Positions 49,785 through 59,616 of a stretch of DNA of 64,000 nt are shown piece after piece; the first letter of the stretch is position 1; every line of letters starts with the position of its first letter. This stretch comes from Vulcanimicrobiota bacterium. GTDB lineage: Bacteria > Vulcanimicrobiota > Vulcanimicrobiia > Vulcanimicrobiales > Vulcanimicrobiaceae. The DNA is taken from positions 480,001 through 544,000 of the forward strand of contig CAVTCS010000003.1 of NCBI GenBank assembly GCA_963733295.1, written 5' to 3'. The notes beneath the pieces are model-generated. The model saw nothing but the letters and a program-made list of their open reading frames with translations, made no database searches and had not been told where the DNA came from. A program made the translations under genes and the position numbers.

Positions 49785-50105
49785 ATGCTGAACGCACACT
49801 ACGCCCTGGGCTTCGTCGTCTTTCTGAGCGCGCTCGTCGCGATCGTTTACGCGCCGGTCCGGCGCTACGTGCTCTATCTGCTGGCCCTCCAAATCATTCT
49901 CGGTGGTCTTACCTGGTGGATAGGTGGGGTCGGTCCCCCCACGGTCCACTGGATTCTCGCGATCCTCGTCGGCGGAGTCTATGCCATGGGTTCGGCATTC
50001 GAGCGGCGAGGCCGCCCGCGCGGCATGGTCATGGGCGTTTTCGCCCTCGGTGCGCTCGTGATTGCATACGTCTTCTACCTTGGAATGCACGCGGTAGCGG
50101 GGTGA
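49785..50105 (+). CDS. small 4-TM hypothetical membrane protein
   Basis: AAGGA RBS and ATG 49785; four hydrophobic segments. Confidence 0.65.
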   Translation: MLNAHYALGFVVFLSALVAIVYAPVRRYVLYLLALQIILGGLTWWIGGVGPPTVHWILAILVGGVYAMGSAFERRGRPRGMVMGVFALGALVIAYVFYLGMHAVAG

Positions 50106-50143
50106 ACTCCTTTGGCCTGGCGTGACAGGAGTGGCCCGCTCGG

Positions 50144-52078
50144 CTAGAACGCGAAGCGTTGCTCGACGATCAGTGCGGAGCCGGTGAAATTCGGTGAGAG
50201 CGGCGAGGCGGGGTAGGTCGTGATGCCGGCAAAGGTCGTGCGCCGAAAGCTGGCCAGCAGAGAGGCCTGGGGCGACTGCTGTACGATGACGCCCGCGAAG
50301 TAGAGGCGCTGGAAGAAGGCGATCGGTTCGGAGAAAGCGCCGTTCGTGCCGTAGCTTCCGGTGCCCAGGGCCGCGACGACGCTCGGCGAGACGTGCCGGG
50401 AATACGTCAGCACCGCTTGCGGAACGTAGTACGAGACCTGGTCGGTTGGATGCGACGCATAGAACGGGCGGTAGAGCTCGTCATCGACGAGGTCGAGCGT
50501 GAGATCGCCGAACGAGGGGTGCCAGGCGATCCAGCCCGCGTAGCGTTTCTGCGTGCCGAGCGTCGCGAAACCGTCTTGTTGCGGCAAGTAATATCCGTCG
50601 ACGAAACCAGCTTGCGTCGACGTGGAAACCGTTTCTTCGTCGATCTGCCGCAGGTAGGTGTACTCGAGGTGCACTTCCAGCGGACCCTTATCAACGTAAT
50701 AGCGGAAGCGGAAGCCTTGGCGGTTCGCGCCGAGGACCGTGTTGTCGATCATCTGGTAGTTCGATTTCAGCCATTGGCCCGGCCATGCGAACGCGGTGCT
50801 CCATTGATTCTCGGGCGCACCGTACGGAAGGATGATGGTCGCATAGCGCGGTTCCATGCGGTACAAATCGAGCGACGCGGTGACCCGGCCTTGCGTTTTC
50901 GTGACTCCGGCGTGGTAGTATCCGCCGGGCGCTTCGGTTCCAGGACGTACGACCGGAGAGGCTTCGTACCACGATCGGCCGATCTCGAGGATGCCGTCCA
51001 CGTTCCAACCCGTATCGAGGTGGAACATGCCGCGCAGACCGGCTACCGTTTCCTGCTGACCGCTCAGCGTGCTGCTTGGCAACGTGCCCTGCGGGGTCTG
51101 CTCGAACTTCGGATCGGTGCCGAAGGGAACGGTCGTGACGAACGGCGTCCCGCCTGTCGTGATGTGCGCGACCTGCGCCGAAAAACGCGTGCCTTCGCCG
51201 TGATCCATGACGAACGAGCCCATCGTCAAGATTGCCGAGTCGCCCGGCAGCGAGGGAAGCGCCGCGTTCGAGAGTTCGAGCGTGTCGATGCTTCGCTTTG
51301 CGACGACGTCGACGCCAACGAGCGGAAGCGCCGTCGCGTACGGCTGCCACACGCCGCTCCCCGCTAAGCCGCTCGACAGGGATTCGGCGGGCGCATACGC
51401 GATCGCGGGATTGACGTTGGTCAGAGCGGGTTGTGCGAAGACGAAGCGGTCCGTTTGCGCGAGATCGAACCAGCCGCCGCGAACCTTCAGATTCCCGTCG
51501 GCCGTTGCAACGCTTCCGGAAAGCACCGAGAGCTTGAGCGCGGTGCCGTCGTCTTGGCCGGCGTGCGTCGGAAACGCGATCTTGTAGCCGAGAGCCGCGG
51601 AGCCAACGTGCGGGTTGATCGTCGGCATGAGGTTCTCAGTCCAATAAGCAGCGTTGTTCGTGCTGCCGTTCACGTACTCGAGGCCCGCAGTTGCACTGAG
51701 GTCGAACTTCGGCAATCCGTAATTCGCGGTCGAAATGATGCTGCCGATCCCGGCGACGCCGGGGACGTCGGGCGCGCTCGAAAAGAGATCGTAGGGTGTA
51801 TTCGGCGCGAGCGCCGCGCCCTGGATGAAGCCCTGCGCTTCCGGTCCGACCTGTCCTTCGCCGGCCGTACTTTGGTCGACGAGCGAGGCGTAGGCTTGCG
51901 TCGCAAAGCGCAGCCCGAGGGCGCGCGGCGTCGCCGTCGGCTGCGCCGAGGCCGAAGGCGCCGGTGAGGGCGACGACGCGGAAGGTTGCGGCGAAGTCTG
52001 CGCCTGCACCGCGCGCGGAGCCGTCACGAGCGCGACGCCCGCCGCAAATGCGAGCGCGGACAACGCGCGGCTCGTCAT
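50144..52078 (-). CDS. hypothetical outer-membrane beta-barrel protein
   Basis: Signal peptide, Pro/Ser linker, Tyr/Gly-rich amphipathic strands, C-terminal Phe (EQRFAF). Confidence 0.6.
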   Translation of the reverse strand: MTSRALSALAFAAGVALVTAPRAVQAQTSPQPSASSPSPAPSASAQPTATPRALGLRFATQAYASLVDQSTAGEGQVGPEAQGFIQGAALAPNTPYDLFSSAPDVPGVAGIGSIISTANYGLPKFDLSATAGLEYVNGSTNNAAYWTENLMPTINPHVGSAALGYKIAFPTHAGQDDGTALKLSVLSGSVATADGNLKVRGGWFDLAQTDRFVFAQPALTNVNPAIAYAPAESLSSGLAGSGVWQPYATALPLVGVDVVAKRSIDTLELSNAALPSLPGDSAILTMGSFVMDHGEGTRFSAQVAHITTGGTPFVTTVPFGTDPKFEQTPQGTLPSSTLSGQQETVAGLRGMFHLDTGWNVDGILEIGRSWYEASPVVRPGTEAPGGYYHAGVTKTQGRVTASLDLYRMEPRYATIILPYGAPENQWSTAFAWPGQWLKSNYQMIDNTVLGANRQGFRFRYYVDKGPLEVHLEYTYLRQIDEETVSTSTQAGFVDGYYLPQQDGFATLGTQKRYAGWIAWHPSFGDLTLDLVDDELYRPFYASHPTDQVSYYVPQAVLTYSRHVSPSVVAALGTGSYGTNGAFSEPIAFFQRLYFAGVIVQQSPQASLLASFRRTTFAGITTYPASPLSPNFTGSALIVEQRFAF

Positions 52079-52084
52079 GTCCGG

Positions 52085-53404
52085 TCAGCTCCCTCCGCTT
52101 TGAATCTGCTGAACGGTGTAGAAGAGGGCCAGCGCGCCGACGACGATGACGGTAGTCCAGCCGACGACGTTGGCCGCGGGCGAGTTGCGGTGCAGTCCCA
52201 TGACGCGAAAGCGGTTGATGATGATCAGCATCAACACGAGTTCGAAGGGTAGCAGCAAGCCTTGGAGCACCTGAGAGTAGAAGGCGATCTTCAAGAGTGG
52301 AACGCCCGGGATCAAGACGAGCGCGGCTCCGATGACGAGTCCGGCAAAGAAGAGACTGAAGAAGACCGGCGCTTCGCTGAACTTGCGGCTGACCGATGCT
52401 TCGAATCCCATCGCTTCGCAGATGAGATACGCCGTGGATAGCGGCAAGATCGTTGCCGTGAAGAGCCCCGCATTTAAGATTCCAAACGCGAAGAGCGTCT
52501 CGGCGAAGCGTCCCGCGAGCGGTTCGAGGGCCTTCGCGACGTCGGCTGCCTGGACGATCACGATTTGGTGCTGCGGGTGAGCCTCGTTGAAGACGAAGAT
52601 CGTCGCCGCGTTGGCGATGATCATGAACGCGGCGACGATGATGCCGAGGATCGAGCCGTTGATCACGTCGATTCGCGTGCCGAGCAGGCCGCCGGGACGC
52701 GCGCCCTGTTCGACGACCGCAGTCTGAAGATAGAATTGCATGTAGGGTGAGATCGTCGTACCGATCAGGGCGACGATCATTCCGATGTACGCCGGATCTT
52801 TCAGATCGAGACTCGGCACGAGCGAGCCGCGAACCACTGCGCCCCAGTTCGGGTGGGCTTCGATTCCCGAAATGATGTACGTGACGTAGATCAGCGACAA
52901 GACGACGAAGGTGCGTTCGACGATCTTGTCATTGAATCTCAGGACGAACAGAAAAACGAGAATCAGAGCCAACGGAACGGCGACGTAGCGCGAGAGATGG
53001 AAAATCTCGGAAGCCGACGCGATCCCGGCGAATTCGGCCGACGTCGTAAACGTATTCATAACGAACAGTCCGAGCATCGTAACGAGTGCGATGCGGACGC
53101 CGAATTCCTCGCGGATGAGCGCCGAAAGGCCTTTACCCGAAACCACGCCCATCCGGGCCGCCATCTCCTGGACGACGATCAGCGCGATCGTGATCGGGAT
53201 GAGGGTCCAGAGGATGCGATAGCCGAACTGCGCGCCCGCCAGCGAGTAGGTGGCGATGCCGCCGACGTCGTTGCCCGCCGACGCCGTAATGAACCCCGGG
53301 CCTAGGACGCCGACGATCAGCAAGACCGTCCGAACAAAGCGCGAGCGGCGCGCTGGAGCGGGCCGCTCGACGGGTTCTCCGAGGACCTCGCTAGCCGGCA
53401 GCAA
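52085..53404 (-). CDS. Nramp-related divalent metal (probably Mg2+) transporter
   Basis: GPGFITASAGNDVGGIATYS, QEMAARMG, GTTISPYMQF. Lacks the canonical MntH DPGN motif. Start approximate. Confidence 0.88.
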   Translation of the reverse strand: MLPASEVLGEPVERPAPARRSRFVRTVLLIVGVLGPGFITASAGNDVGGIATYSLAGAQFGYRILWTLIPITIALIVVQEMAARMGVVSGKGLSALIREEFGVRIALVTMLGLFVMNTFTTSAEFAGIASASEIFHLSRYVAVPLALILVFLFVLRFNDKIVERTFVVLSLIYVTYIISGIEAHPNWGAVVRGSLVPSLDLKDPAYIGMIVALIGTTISPYMQFYLQTAVVEQGARPGGLLGTRIDVINGSILGIIVAAFMIIANAATIFVFNEAHPQHQIVIVQAADVAKALEPLAGRFAETLFAFGILNAGLFTATILPLSTAYLICEAMGFEASVSRKFSEAPVFFSLFFAGLVIGAALVLIPGVPLLKIAFYSQVLQGLLLPFELVLMLIIINRFRVMGLHRNSPAANVVGWTTVIVVGALALFYTVQQIQSGGS

Positions 53405-54680
53405 CGGGATGCTTCTTGCGATGCCGCGTGATGCGGGGCAGCGAGTGAGCGATCTTCTCCGGAATGATCGCGTCGATTGCGTCGTCCACCGTGACGATCC
53501 CGAGGACGCGGTTCTCCTCGTCGACGACCGGTACGGCCAAGAGATCGTAGCGCGCGATCGTCGACGCAACGTCCTCTGCGCTGACGTCGGGCGAGACGCT
53601 GACGACGTCGACATCCATGAGTTTGTGGATGAAAGCCGTCGGCAGTGCCAAGAGGAGTTGCCGGACCGAAAGCACCCCGAGCAACTTGCGGCTGGGATCG
53701 GTGACGTAGAGGTAGTAGATGAACTCGGATTCGGGTGCGATCTCGCGCAGCTTCGCGATCGTCGCCGCGGTCGTGCGGTGCGGATAGATCCAGACGTAAT
53801 CGGTGGTCATCAGGCCGCCGGCCGTATCGGGTTCGTACTGGACGAGTTCGCTCAATTCGCCCGCGTACGCTTTGTCGTCCATGTGCGAGAGCAGCTTCTC
53901 GCGCTGTTCGTGGTCGAGTTCGCCTAAAAGGTCGGCCGCGTCGTCCGAGTCCATCTCCTCGACGATGTCCGCGGCGCGCTCGGTCCCCAGATCCGCAATG
54001 AGCGTCTTTTGCGTGTCGCTGTCGAGGTGCTCGAAGGCGTCGGCGGCCGTCTCGTCGTCGAGCGACTTGACGACGCGGGCCGCGTCTTGCGCCGACAGGT
54101 CGGTGATGATCTCCGCCAAGTCGGACGGATGCAAACGCGAGAGGCGGCTGCCCGAGACCGAAAGCTGCACCTGCGCCGGGTTGACGTCGGTCAGCGGTGC
54201 GACGTTATCCCAAGCGATCAGCGAGCGCGGAACGCGCTCGAGGACCTGCGGCGCGACGCGCCCGAGCCCGAGCCGGCGCAGCAAGCCCGACACTCCGATA
54301 TCGGCGGCGACGACGCGCAGCGTGCCGCCCGTATTGGCGATCTCGAGGTCGTTGATGCGCACGACCTTCCGGCCGTCGACGTCGACGATCTGTTTATCGA
54401 AGAGATCTTTGATCAGGTAGAGGGTTTGCTCTTCGGCGGTCGGCTCGGCGTCGGGGGTGACTGTGAGCGTGACCGTTCCATGCGGTTCGATGCTGGAGAT
54501 CTGGTCGATCGGCGAGTAACGCTGTCCGGCCTTCGTTTTGATCACGAAGCCGTCGATGCGCGGAAACGCATCATCGGGTTTGCCCACGACGAAATCCATG
54601 ACTTTCCCGATTGCCGTGCCGTTCGCCAGCACCGCGCTGCGACCGACCAGGTCCGACAGGTAGCCGTCCTGATACGCCAT
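53391..54680 (-). CDS. MgtE cytosolic-domain protein (PRC barrels + MgtE_N + CBS pair, no TM domain)
   Basis: LHPSDLAEI, MDSDDAADLL, TAGGLMT, LGIVTVDD; no hydrophobic C-terminal helices. Confidence 0.88.
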   Translation of the reverse strand: MAYQDGYLSDLVGRSAVLANGTAIGKVMDFVVGKPDDAFPRIDGFVIKTKAGQRYSPIDQISSIEPHGTVTLTVTPDAEPTAEEQTLYLIKDLFDKQIVDVDGRKVVRINDLEIANTGGTLRVVAADIGVSGLLRRLGLGRVAPQVLERVPRSLIAWDNVAPLTDVNPAQVQLSVSGSRLSRLHPSDLAEIITDLSAQDAARVVKSLDDETAADAFEHLDSDTQKTLIADLGTERAADIVEEMDSDDAADLLGELDHEQREKLLSHMDDKAYAGELSELVQYEPDTAGGLMTTDYVWIYPHRTTAATIAKLREIAPESEFIYYLYVTDPSRKLLGVLSVRQLLLALPTAFIHKLMDVDVVSVSPDVSAEDVASTIARYDLLAVPVVDEENRVLGIVTVDDAIDAIIPEKIAHSLPRITRHRKKHPVAAG

Positions 54681-54769
54681 TCCTTCACCCCCTTCCCGAA
54701 ACAAAAAAACCAGCCGCCGAAGGTGCGACCGGTCCGGAACATGCTCCCAGCCTGAGCTGAGGGCACATC

Positions 54770-54942
54770 ACATCTCAGTCGCGTCGAGCTTTGGCACTGC
54801 GCACCGTAAACGACGGACCCCGTCGTCAGCCGCGTTGAGCGCCGCCTTATCTCGGCGGAGCCTGTTCCACCCACTTGGCGTCTTTCGACGTTTCGGGGCA
54901 ACGGCTTATGTGTAGCGCAGACGCCTCACCTATCGAGATGTC
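54770..54942 (-). promoter_or_regulatory. M-box (ykoK) Mg2+ riboswitch
   Basis: Minus strand TAGGTGAGGC...CATAAGCCGTTGCCCCGAAACGTCGAAAGACGCC...ACAGG...TAAGG...CAGTGCCAAAGCTCGACG, upstream of the MgtE-domain gene. Boundaries approximate. Confidence 0.9.
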
Positions 54943-54950
54943 CGTCTATC

Positions 54951-54980
54951 AGTATACGCGCCCCGCAACGAGGGGGTCAA
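54951..54980 (-). promoter_or_regulatory. sigma70-type promoter TTGACC-N18-TATACT
   Basis: Lies immediately 5' of the M-box aptamer. Confidence 0.7.
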
Positions 54981-55042
54981 CCCCGAAGTGCGTCGCCGCG
55001 CCGCAGGAGGGTCCGTCCCTCTTGCCCGGGGATTAGCGCGAA

Positions 55043-56755
55043 GTGCCTCGTCTTCTCGTCATTTTTCGAGCAGCGGCCATCGTCGCGGTCGTGCTCGGGA
55101 TCTTGGAAAGCGGACCGGTCGCCGCGCAACTCTCGCTGCCGAGCGCCGCACCGAATCCCGTTTCGTCGACGGGGATCCGACAGGAAGGCTTTTTCTTTAC
55201 CGCCCCGATCCGCGTCGACGGGAACCTGGTCTTCAAGCTCGCCGGCCCCCTAAGTCCGAACTCGGCGCACATTCCGATCGCCCAGCGGCAGCTCTACGTG
55301 CAAGCGGCCATCGACGAGGTGCTCGCAACGCATGGGAGTTGGCTCGGTTCGACGACCGAATACGATCCGCGCACGCTTCGCGTAAGCGTGGTCGCCGGCG
55401 CCGAGGTAGCCGCCTTGCAAGTCGTCGACGCGCGCCATCACCTTCCGATGCCGATCGCGACCGTGAACGCGGACGATGCCCGCTACAATCAAGCGAGCAT
55501 CAGGACCGTCGCGGCGGAATGGCAGACGATCCTACAAGCTGCCCTTACCAAAGCGCTCGATCTGCGACAGCCGCAGGAGCGCGCCGATAACTTACGGCGG
55601 GTTGCTCGCGTCGCCGTGGCGCTGGCGCTGGCGACGCTCATCCTCAGCATTCTCCTGGTTCAACTGAGCCGCCGGATCAAGACGTTGCGAGATGAGGTGA
55701 AAGCGCAGACGAGTCAGGTCGAGGCCGAGCGTTCGCTCCTCGCTGAAAAACAAGAGGGCTCGACGCATCAACAACGCAGCCGAATCCTTTCGCTCGCGTT
55801 GGGAGCTTTGGCACCGACGCAGCAGTTGCAGTATCTTCGAGCTTCCTCGGCGGTCATCTACGCCCTGATCAACCTCATGTGGTTCGTGGCGGTAACCTGG
55901 GCGTTCTCGCTCTTCCCCCGCACGTCGTCGCTCGCGCAGACGCTGACGAACGATGCCCTCGCCATCGCCGTCACCATCGTCGTGACAATTTTTCTCGATC
56001 GCGTCTTGGACCTCATGATCAACCGGATCGCGACGTTGTGGGCGACCAGCTCCTTTGCCGGCTCCGAAGATCAGGCGCGGGAGATGCTGCGCGTCCCGAC
56101 CATCTCGCATGCGATCAGGACGATAAAGTCGATCGCTTTGATCTTTCTTGCCGGCCTGACGATCTTGACGCAGATCGGCGTGCCGATCGGCTCGGTCGTA
56201 ACGATCGGCGGCTTGACCGCGCTCGCGCTCTCGTTCGCAGCGCAGAGCTTCGTGCGCGACTTCGTCAACGGCTTTCTCGTCTTACTCGAAGATCAGTATG
56301 TCGTTGGGGACTACATCAGCATCACGCCGTATAGCGGTGTCGTCGAGAACCTGTCGCTAAGAATGGTGCAACTTCGCGACACCGGCGGAGATCTGGTGAC
56401 GATCCCGCACGGTTCGGTCACTGCGGTCGTCAATAGATCACGGAATTGGTCGCGGATCGACTTTCGCGTTCCCGTGGCACCCGAGGCGGACATCGCAAAG
56501 GCGCTAAAACTGGTGCAGGCCAGCATCGAGACGCTCGCGCAGGAGCCGGAATGGCAGGGCGCGATCCGTTTGCCTCTCGAGTTCATCGGCGTCGATCAAC
56601 TCAGCAAAGACTGGGTCATCATCCGCGCCGCGATTAAGACGGGTCCGCTGCGTCAATTCGAAGGCCGCCGCGAAATCAACTTGCGCGTTCAGCGTGCTTT
56701 TGCGGAGGCGGGGATTTCGCTCGGCGCGCAGTTCCCCGCCAACTATTATACGTAA
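55043..56755 (+). CDS. MscS-family mechanosensitive channel with large N-terminal periplasmic domain
   Basis: LSFAAQSFVRDFVNG...EDQYVVGD...GVVENLSLR...IPHG. Confidence 0.88.
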   Translation: MPRLLVIFRAAAIVAVVLGILESGPVAAQLSLPSAAPNPVSSTGIRQEGFFFTAPIRVDGNLVFKLAGPLSPNSAHIPIAQRQLYVQAAIDEVLATHGSWLGSTTEYDPRTLRVSVVAGAEVAALQVVDARHHLPMPIATVNADDARYNQASIRTVAAEWQTILQAALTKALDLRQPQERADNLRRVARVAVALALATLILSILLVQLSRRIKTLRDEVKAQTSQVEAERSLLAEKQEGSTHQQRSRILSLALGALAPTQQLQYLRASSAVIYALINLMWFVAVTWAFSLFPRTSSLAQTLTNDALAIAVTIVVTIFLDRVLDLMINRIATLWATSSFAGSEDQAREMLRVPTISHAIRTIKSIALIFLAGLTILTQIGVPIGSVVTIGGLTALALSFAAQSFVRDFVNGFLVLLEDQYVVGDYISITPYSGVVENLSLRMVQLRDTGGDLVTIPHGSVTAVVNRSRNWSRIDFRVPVAPEADIAKALKLVQASIETLAQEPEWQGAIRLPLEFIGVDQLSKDWVIIRAAIKTGPLRQFEGRREINLRVQRAFAEAGISLGAQFPANYYT

Positions 56756-58274
56756 CGCCGGAGCGGCCGGCCCGTGGGTGCTGGCCGTTGCGATCGCCGG
56801 TTCGGGCATGGTCTTTATCGACGGTACCGCGGTCAACGTCGCCTTACCGACGCTGCAACGCGACCTCGACGCAGATGCTGCGAGCCTGCAATGGGTTGTC
56901 GAAGGCTACTCCCTCGTGCTCTCCGCGTTCATCCTCATCGGCGGTGCGCTGGGTGACCGCTTCGGCCGCCGTCTGATGTTCTTGCTCGGAGTCGGCCTCT
57001 TTGCCGGGGCGTCGGTGCTCTGCGCGCTGTCGCAGAACATGCTCGAACTGAACTTGGCGCGTTGTCTGCAAGGATTCGGCGGGGCCTTCGCAACGCCGGG
57101 CAGCCTCGCACTCATCAGCGCGGCGTATCCCGGTGCCGGTCGCGGAACGGCGATCGGAACGTGGTCGGGATTTACCTCGCTGACGGCTGCTATCGGACCG
57201 GTACTCGGTGGCTGGCTCACGCAGACGTACTCGTGGCGTTGGGTCTTTCTCATCAACGTTCCGATCGCGCTCTTCGTCATCGTGACCGCGTTGTTGCGCG
57301 TGCCGGAGAGCCGCGACGAACATGCTGCCAAACGTGTCGATTACGCGGGCGCTCTGTTCGCGACGTTGGGCCTCGGCCTCGTGACCTACGGGTTGATCCG
57401 GCTGCAAGGCGGCAACGCCGGTGCCGGAGGCATTCTTGCGTGTGGGGCGGGCGTCGCCGTGTCGGCGCTGTTCGTCTTCTACGAGTCGCGGGTTGCGGAT
57501 CCGATGATCCCACTCGAGATCTTCGCGAATCGGACGTTCGCCGGCGCGAACCTCTATACGCTCTTCTTGTACGCGGCGATCGGCGGAAGCTTGTTCTTCG
57601 TCCCTTTCGAGCTCCAGTACGTACTGGAGTACTCGCCGCTGGAGGCCGGCGCGGCACTCTTACCGTTCGTCGCGATCATGTTCCTTAGTTCGCGCTGGTC
57701 CGGTGGTCTGGTCGAGCGCGTCGGCGCGCGCTTGCCGCTGATCGTGGGCGCCCTGATCGCGGCCGGCGGGCTCATTGCGTACGCTTTCAGTGGGATCGGG
57801 CACTCGTACTGGGTGACCTTCTTTCCCGCGACGGTCATCTTCGGATGCGGCGCGGCGCTCTTCGTCGCACCCTTGACGACGACCGTGATGGATGCGCTTG
57901 CGACGGAACGGGCCGGCATCGCGTCGGGCGTCAATAACGCCGTCTCGCGCGTCGCCGGCGTTCTCGCGATCGCCGTGCTCGGCATCGTGCTCATCGGCAG
58001 CTTCTACGCAGATTTCGATCGAAGGACCGCCCGTCAAACATTTGCTCCCGCAACGCTCGCGGCACTGCGAGCGAACCGCGATCTTCTTACGACCTTGAAG
58101 CCGCCGGCCGGGACGTCGGCCGACGACGAGGACCGAGTCACCGAAGAGTTGCGCCAAGCGTACGCGGACGGTTTCCGGAATGCGATGCTCCTGGGCGCCG
58201 CGCTGTGCGTCGCAGCCGCTGCGGTGGCGGCTCGCACGATCGCACCGAATCTCCGTCCCGCTCCAAGTCCTTGA
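56694..58274 (+). CDS. MFS transporter (DHA2-like, 14 TM); start uncertain
   Basis: IDGTAVNVALP, GALGDRFGRR, ARCLQGFG, WRWVFLINVP. Confidence 0.9.
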   Translation: MLLRRRGFRSARSSPPTIIRNAGAAGPWVLAVAIAGSGMVFIDGTAVNVALPTLQRDLDADAASLQWVVEGYSLVLSAFILIGGALGDRFGRRLMFLLGVGLFAGASVLCALSQNMLELNLARCLQGFGGAFATPGSLALISAAYPGAGRGTAIGTWSGFTSLTAAIGPVLGGWLTQTYSWRWVFLINVPIALFVIVTALLRVPESRDEHAAKRVDYAGALFATLGLGLVTYGLIRLQGGNAGAGGILACGAGVAVSALFVFYESRVADPMIPLEIFANRTFAGANLYTLFLYAAIGGSLFFVPFELQYVLEYSPLEAGAALLPFVAIMFLSSRWSGGLVERVGARLPLIVGALIAAGGLIAYAFSGIGHSYWVTFFPATVIFGCGAALFVAPLTTTVMDALATERAGIASGVNNAVSRVAGVLAIAVLGIVLIGSFYADFDRRTARQTFAPATLAALRANRDLLTTLKPPAGTSADDEDRVTEELRQAYADGFRNAMLLGAALCVAAAAVAARTIAPNLRPAPSP

Positions 58275-58309
58275 CGAAGCCCTACCTCTGACGGGATGCG
58301 AACGAGCCG

Positions 58310-58816
58310 TTAGCGCGGGTAGCGTGGATAGCGTGGTTCGGAGCCCGCCGCGGCAGACAGTCCGATTGCGATGAGGCCGAGGACGAAGATGCTGCCGTAG
58401 ATCCAAGTCGACACGCCGTGTTCGGCGCGGAAGGTCTTGCGCGCTTGGGCGAGCGCTTCCGGCGTGGCGCGTGCCCCGAGACTCGGAAGCGAGGCCTCCA
58501 TCCGCGGAACGATCGCGCGCGATTCGTACTGCGCGAGCACCAGCATCACGGCGACGATCGCGATGCGTGCGATGGCCGAGGCTCGCTGCGACGGAACTTT
58601 CGCGCGAACGACTGCGGCGACGATCGCGACTCCGCCGCAAACGGTTCCGAAAAGCGTCAGCGCGCCGAGCACCGCCGCGGTGACGCGACCGAACTCCTCG
58701 ACATTACTCACGATGCCGAAAGCGATCGGCGCGAAAATGAACGCGAAGCCGGCAAGCGAGCCGACCCACAGCGCGAGGGTCAGGGCTTCGATAACGGTGA
58801 AGGTCCGCTCGAGCAT
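58310..58816 (-). CDS. DUF4149-like membrane protein
   Basis: ALWVG...FIFAPIAF; four TM segments; F...HGVS motif. Confidence 0.65.
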   Translation of the reverse strand: MLERTFTVIEALTLALWVGSLAGFAFIFAPIAFGIVSNVEEFGRVTAAVLGALTLFGTVCGGVAIVAAVVRAKVPSQRASAIARIAIVAVMLVLAQYESRAIVPRMEASLPSLGARATPEALAQARKTFRAEHGVSTWIYGSIFVLGLIAIGLSAAAGSEPRYPRYPR

Positions 58817-58844
58817 TGACGTCTCATTCTCGCAGAGGAGGCTC

Positions 58845-59609
58845 GTGGACCCGCTACGCTGTGCGATCGAAACGGCGACGGAAGCCGGAACGCTGCTGCT
58901 CGACCTCTTGGGAACCGAACTCGATACGCGCGAAAAAGGAATGCGTGGCGATCTCGTGACCGTGGCCGATCGCGCCAGCGAAAAGGCGATCGTCGCGCGC
59001 TTGCGCACCGAGTTTCCGGCAAGCTCGATCCTGGCCGAAGAAGGTACGAGCGTCGCCGGCACGAGCGGCGAGCGTTGGATTCTCGATCCGCTCGACGGGA
59101 CGACGAATTTCGCGCACGGGTACCCGCTCTTCTGCGTCTCGCTGGGCTTCGAACGCGACGGAGAAATGCTCTGCGGCGTCATCTACGCTCCGGCGCTCGG
59201 CGAATTGTACGTTGCCGAACGCGGCGGCGGCGCGCGCTGCAACGATCGCGAGCTGACCGTCTCGCGCACCGAGCGCGTCGCCGACGCGCTCGTTTGCACC
59301 GGCTTCAAGCCGGCCCTCTACGAGCGCAACGGCGCGAATTTCGCGCAACTCTCGCGAGTCGCGCAAGGCGTCCGGCGCGATGGGTCGGCTGCACTCGACC
59401 TTGCCTTCGTCGCAGCGGGCCGCTTCGATGCGTTTTGGGAGTTGGATCTCTTTCCATGGGACGTTGCCGCCGGCATGCTGCTCGTGAGGGAAGCGGGCGG
59501 AACGGTAACGGCGATCGACGGGGCTCCGTTTGAATTCCAGCGCGGCTCGACGCTCGCCAGCAACGGCCGCGTTCACGCGGAGATGATCGGCGCTCTGTCG
59601 GAGCGCTGA
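58845..59609 (+). CDS. suhB: inositol monophosphatase family protein
   Basis: DLVT.AD, WILDPLDGTTNF, GSAALDL, WDVAAG. Confidence 0.92.
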   Translation: MDPLRCAIETATEAGTLLLDLLGTELDTREKGMRGDLVTVADRASEKAIVARLRTEFPASSILAEEGTSVAGTSGERWILDPLDGTTNFAHGYPLFCVSLGFERDGEMLCGVIYAPALGELYVAERGGGARCNDRELTVSRTERVADALVCTGFKPALYERNGANFAQLSRVAQGVRRDGSAALDLAFVAAGRFDAFWELDLFPWDVAAGMLLVREAGGTVTAIDGAPFEFQRGSTLASNGRVHAEMIGALSER

Positions 59610-59616
59610 GGCCGCG

